Virus record (IMG/VR): IMGVR_UViG_2778261538_000003
From: a virus
Lineage: Duplodnaviria > Heunggongvirae > Uroviricota > Caudoviricetes
DNA length: 42,281 bases
Direction: 5' to 3' (one strand)
The notes under the pieces were generated by a model that saw only the letters and a list, made by a program, of their open reading frames with translations, did no database searches and was not told the DNA's origin. Positions 38,820-42,281 of the stretch are shown one piece after another (position 1 is the first letter of the stretch; the number at the start of each line of letters is the position of its first letter). The position numbers and the translations under genes are program-made.

Positions 38820-40214
38820 ATGCCCCCAAAATATATACCTCGCCCCTACCAAGTTCTCATTATCAACCACGAAACCGAAACCCTGCGCGGCAACATCTGG
38901 GCGGGGATGGGAATGGGTAAAACCGTGGCAACGCTCACTGCGCTGGAAGATCTCTTTATGGCAGGGGCAGAAACATGCCCCGCACTGGTCCTCGCGCCGC
39001 TGCGCGTGGCTGCCAGCACATGGCCGGATGAAGCACTGAAGTGGGGACATTTGCGCAATATCGAGGTGCAGCCAATTATTGGTAATGCCAAAGCGCGCTC
39101 TATGGCGCTGACGAACAGCAACGCAAGCGTGTTCACCATCAACTACGATAACCTTGTCTGGCTGATTGAAGAATTGGGAGAACGATGGCCGTTCGGTACT
39201 GTCATTCCAGATGAAAGCACCCGGCTAAAATCCTTCCGGCTGCGCGGTGGTGGTAAGCGCGCGGCGGCGCTGGGCAAAGTGGCGCATAAGTATGTCCGGC
39301 GCTGGATAAATCTCACCGGTACGCCAGCACCGAACGGCCTGGTAGATTTGTGGGGACAATCGTGGTTTGTGGACCAGGGGCAACGTCTCGGGCGCACTTA
39401 CGGCGCGTTTACCTCACGCTGGTTCAACTCGATACAGTTTCCGGGGCAGAGCTGGACCAAACTGGAGCCTTTTGCTCACTCACAGGGTGAAATACAGCGA
39501 GCGTTAGCCGATGTAACCCTCTCGCTGGATGCGGCCGACTGGTTCGATATCAAAGACCCCATCCATAACGTAATCCGCGTGGATATGCCACCGAAGGCCC
39601 GTCAGCAGTATCGTGAAATGGAAAAGGAAATGTTCCTCGAGCTGAATGGCGAAGGCATCGAAGCACCGAACGCCGCGGCAAAGACACTGAAGTGTCTGCA
39701 AATCGCCAGCGGCGCAGTATACACAGATGACACCGGAAGTTGGTCAGAACTGCATGACACCAAACTACAGGCGCTGGACAGCATACTGACCGAAGCAGCT
39801 GGCGCACCTGTGCTGGTTGCTTATCACTGGAAACACGATCTTGAACGCTTGCTTAAAGCATTCCCTCGCGGTCGTCACCTCGACCAGGATCCACAGACAC
39901 TGCGCGACTGGAATTCCGGAAAGATTCCTGTTCTCTTTGCACACCCAGCCAGCGCGGGCCACGGCCTGAACATGCAGGACGGCGGAAATATACTGGTATT
40001 TTTCTCACACTGGTGGGACCTGGAGCAATATCAGCAAATTATTGAACGTATCGGCCCCACCAGGCAGATACAGGCCGGACACAATCGTCCGGTATTTATT
40101 CACCACATTATTGCTGCCGACACTATGGATGAAATGGTGATGGAGCGGCGCAACTCAAAACGAACAGTGCAGGACATCCTGCTCGATGCCATGAAAAAGA
40201 GAGGTATAGCATGA
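38820..40214 (+). CDS. SNF2-family helicase/ATPase
   Basis: Walker A GMGMGKT, DExx box VIPDESTRL and a C-terminal helicase region; 464 aa. Confidence 0.85.
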   Translation: MPPKYIPRPYQVLIINHETETLRGNIWAGMGMGKTVATLTALEDLFMAGAETCPALVLAPLRVAASTWPDEALKWGHLRNIEVQPIIGNAKARSMALTNSNASVFTINYDNLVWLIEELGERWPFGTVIPDESTRLKSFRLRGGGKRAAALGKVAHKYVRRWINLTGTPAPNGLVDLWGQSWFVDQGQRLGRTYGAFTSRWFNSIQFPGQSWTKLEPFAHSQGEIQRALADVTLSLDAADWFDIKDPIHNVIRVDMPPKARQQYREMEKEMFLELNGEGIEAPNAAAKTLKCLQIASGAVYTDDTGSWSELHDTKLQALDSILTEAAGAPVLVAYHWKHDLERLLKAFPRGRHLDQDPQTLRDWNSGKIPVLFAHPASAGHGLNMQDGGNILVFFSHWWDLEQYQQIIERIGPTRQIQAGHNRPVFIHHIIAADTMDEMVMERRNSKRTVQDILLDAMKKRGIA

Positions 40215-40411
40215 GCGAGAAACCCGACGATTTACTCACCCCGGATGAAGTATGCCAAAAGTTAGGTATTACACAGAAAACGCTATGTGAGTGGAATATT
40301 AAGCATCGTCATCGGGCTATCCTGGCACCAATTCGTTTCAGTGCAAAAGTAGTTCGTTATGAGCGCCGAAATATCGACGCTTTTATTCAAAAATGTCGCA
40401 GCCAGTATTAA
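40211..40411 (+). CDS. AlpA/Xis-like excisionase or regulatory protein
   Basis: 66 aa with HTH (LTPDEVCQKLGITQKTLCEW); adjacent to and overlapping the integrase gene end. Confidence 0.7.
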   Translation: MSEKPDDLLTPDEVCQKLGITQKTLCEWNIKHRHRAILAPIRFSAKVVRYERRNIDAFIQKCRSQY

Positions 40412-41811
40412 CCTCGCCGCCGTAGCAATGCCACCTGCGCAAGTATGCTCCGCTCGTGAGCCTCGAAAGCTTCGCGCTTCAACGCAATCTCTTCCTGTAA
40501 AATCTCATCAGAAAAGTCGTAATGTTCTGCCATCGGGTCATCTGACTTGCTGGAGTGGTGAAGGCAAAGGAGGCTGATTTCCCTTCGGTCTGAGCGGGAA
40601 TAGCCTCTTTCCTTCATCAAGGCAATAACATTGCTCTTAAGGAATTTACGGCACATCGTATTAAATGCACCGTCTTTCCCTTTAACAGTCCCATCATGTT
40701 TTATTCCTTTTACAGCCCCGTCCGGGCTGTATGTTTTCACCAGCTTATCCAGTGATCGTTTTGAAAATGGCTGCATTGGATCACGTGGCTGCAAAAATAC
40801 ATAATCCCTGTTGCACTCAGGAACTGAATCACGCCAGGCTTTCTGCTCGTCGATAATCCGCCGGATCTCAGGGGTTATCGGCAGGCGGAAAGCCTTTTGT
40901 GTTTTCATAGCCCCTCGCATGCCGATAACCCCTTCCGGATAAACAATTTCACCAGCCTCCTCGTGAACGTAGTCCCAGCGCAGGTTATGGACATTAATCG
41001 GACGAACACCAGTGATGATCATGAAGCGAACAGCATTCTTCTGGTGTACAGAGGTGCAGGCAGCAACATTGAGCCAGAGTCGGGCGATTGATTCAATATC
41101 GGTAAAAAGCCGTGTGGGGGTAGGTTTCTGTACGCGGGAGGAAACATAATCATCTGGCAGACTGGCGGCAACATTGCGGCCGTTGCAAAGAGTAGGTGCG
41201 CAGAACTTCCAGAACCGACGGAGCTCGGCAAACAACTCCAGGGCGTTATTGTTCGAGCGAGTAGCGATCCACTCGTCCAGCACTTCCACCAGCCGATTGT
41301 ATGTTACGTCGCTGAACACCTCGCGCTCGCCGAACGTTGCTTTAATCCGGTCGATACGCACCCCGTAGGTTGTGAAACTGTCCGGGCTCAGCTTCTGCCG
41401 GGCGACTTTGGCTTTGAGGTCATCCCGGTACATTTCCAGCGCTGCATGTACGGACTCTGCCCGCAGGCCACCGTCAGCCATACCTAGCGCTTTTTCGCGC
41501 GCCAGCTGGATAGCGAGCTCCGGCCACTCGCCGAGCTTTTTACCTTTGAGGCCCATCTTTTTTGGAAACTCGGCGTAAAATGTAACCTTACCGGCTTTGC
41601 TGAAATCGATACGGAGATAGTTCTCTTTTTCGTATTTGGAACGGCGAGCCACGCCGGAAGCAGCGAGGATGATTTTGGCGGCAGCAACACAGATTTTCAT
41701 GTGTGCGCTGGTATAGGGGGGTTTACAGGCGTCCCATTTTTCAGATGCGGCTAAAACATCGTCATTATTGGGGCTATCCGGATTATGTGTTACAGTGCGC
41801 GGCATTCTCAA
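40408..41811 (-). CDS. tyrosine-type site-specific integrase
   Basis: 467 aa; C-terminal region with TGVRPINVHNLRWDYV and a terminal ...HYDF tyrosine context; located at the prophage-host junction. Confidence 0.75.
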   Translation of the reverse strand: MRMPRTVTHNPDSPNNDDVLAASEKWDACKPPYTSAHMKICVAAAKIILAASGVARRSKYEKENYLRIDFSKAGKVTFYAEFPKKMGLKGKKLGEWPELAIQLAREKALGMADGGLRAESVHAALEMYRDDLKAKVARQKLSPDSFTTYGVRIDRIKATFGEREVFSDVTYNRLVEVLDEWIATRSNNNALELFAELRRFWKFCAPTLCNGRNVAASLPDDYVSSRVQKPTPTRLFTDIESIARLWLNVAACTSVHQKNAVRFMIITGVRPINVHNLRWDYVHEEAGEIVYPEGVIGMRGAMKTQKAFRLPITPEIRRIIDEQKAWRDSVPECNRDYVFLQPRDPMQPFSKRSLDKLVKTYSPDGAVKGIKHDGTVKGKDGAFNTMCRKFLKSNVIALMKERGYSRSDRREISLLCLHHSSKSDDPMAEHYDFSDEILQEEIALKREAFEAHERSILAQVALLRRRG

Positions 41812-42011
41812 TCCTTATCTGCGTAGGCGCAGAAAACAAGCACACACATACAAGTCTTTTCTACGGGACAAAATGCAATGTGTTGCGGCTTTGTGTTACT
41901 GGACTGAGTTTATCAAGGTTAAATACACTGGATCAACATACAGTAAGTTAATGACAGTAAAGCATACAAACTCGATACAACTTACTGATTTTTAAAATGA
42001 TTTAACGGTAA

Positions 42012-42281
<270 letters not shown>

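Overview
Most of this 42.3 kb window is one mosaic prophage in an enterobacterial chromosome. The host ferredoxin gene yfhL sits at the right edge (42021-42281) and the phage tyrosine integrase lies just inside it (40408-41811, minus strand). Reading right to left: integrase and AlpA/Xis-like excisionase; a plus-strand early operon with an autonomous replication set (Cas4-like DUF2800 nuclease, DUF2815 SSB-like protein, proofreading family A DNA polymerase, VRR-NUC nuclease, SNF2 helicase); an immunity region (LexA-type CI-like repressor, Cro-like regulator); a Prim-Pol replication protein beside an iteron-rich putative origin; antiterminator Q; a lambda-like lysis cassette (S holin with dual start, R endolysin, Rz with embedded Rz1); terminase small and large subunits, portal, MuF-like protein, scaffold and capsid; a contractile tail (sheath, tube, chaperone with -1 frameshift, tape measure, baseplate); and a tail-fibre region with a fossil inversion switch and a truncated invertase. 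No single locus can be named as a confirmed new system from sequence alone. The candidates are several low-GC cargo genes that interrupt the conserved backbone: a 281-codon gene replacing the 3' end of the invertase (569-1414), a coupled two-gene cassette inside the tail operon (7040-7884), a membrane protein on the opposite strand inside the replication operon (33545-34174), and two genes with TIR/NDT-superfamily motifs (36349-37110, 37840-38757), each with its own terminator. All family assignments rest on motif reading by eye and need HMM or structure confirmation; gene starts are approximate unless stated.
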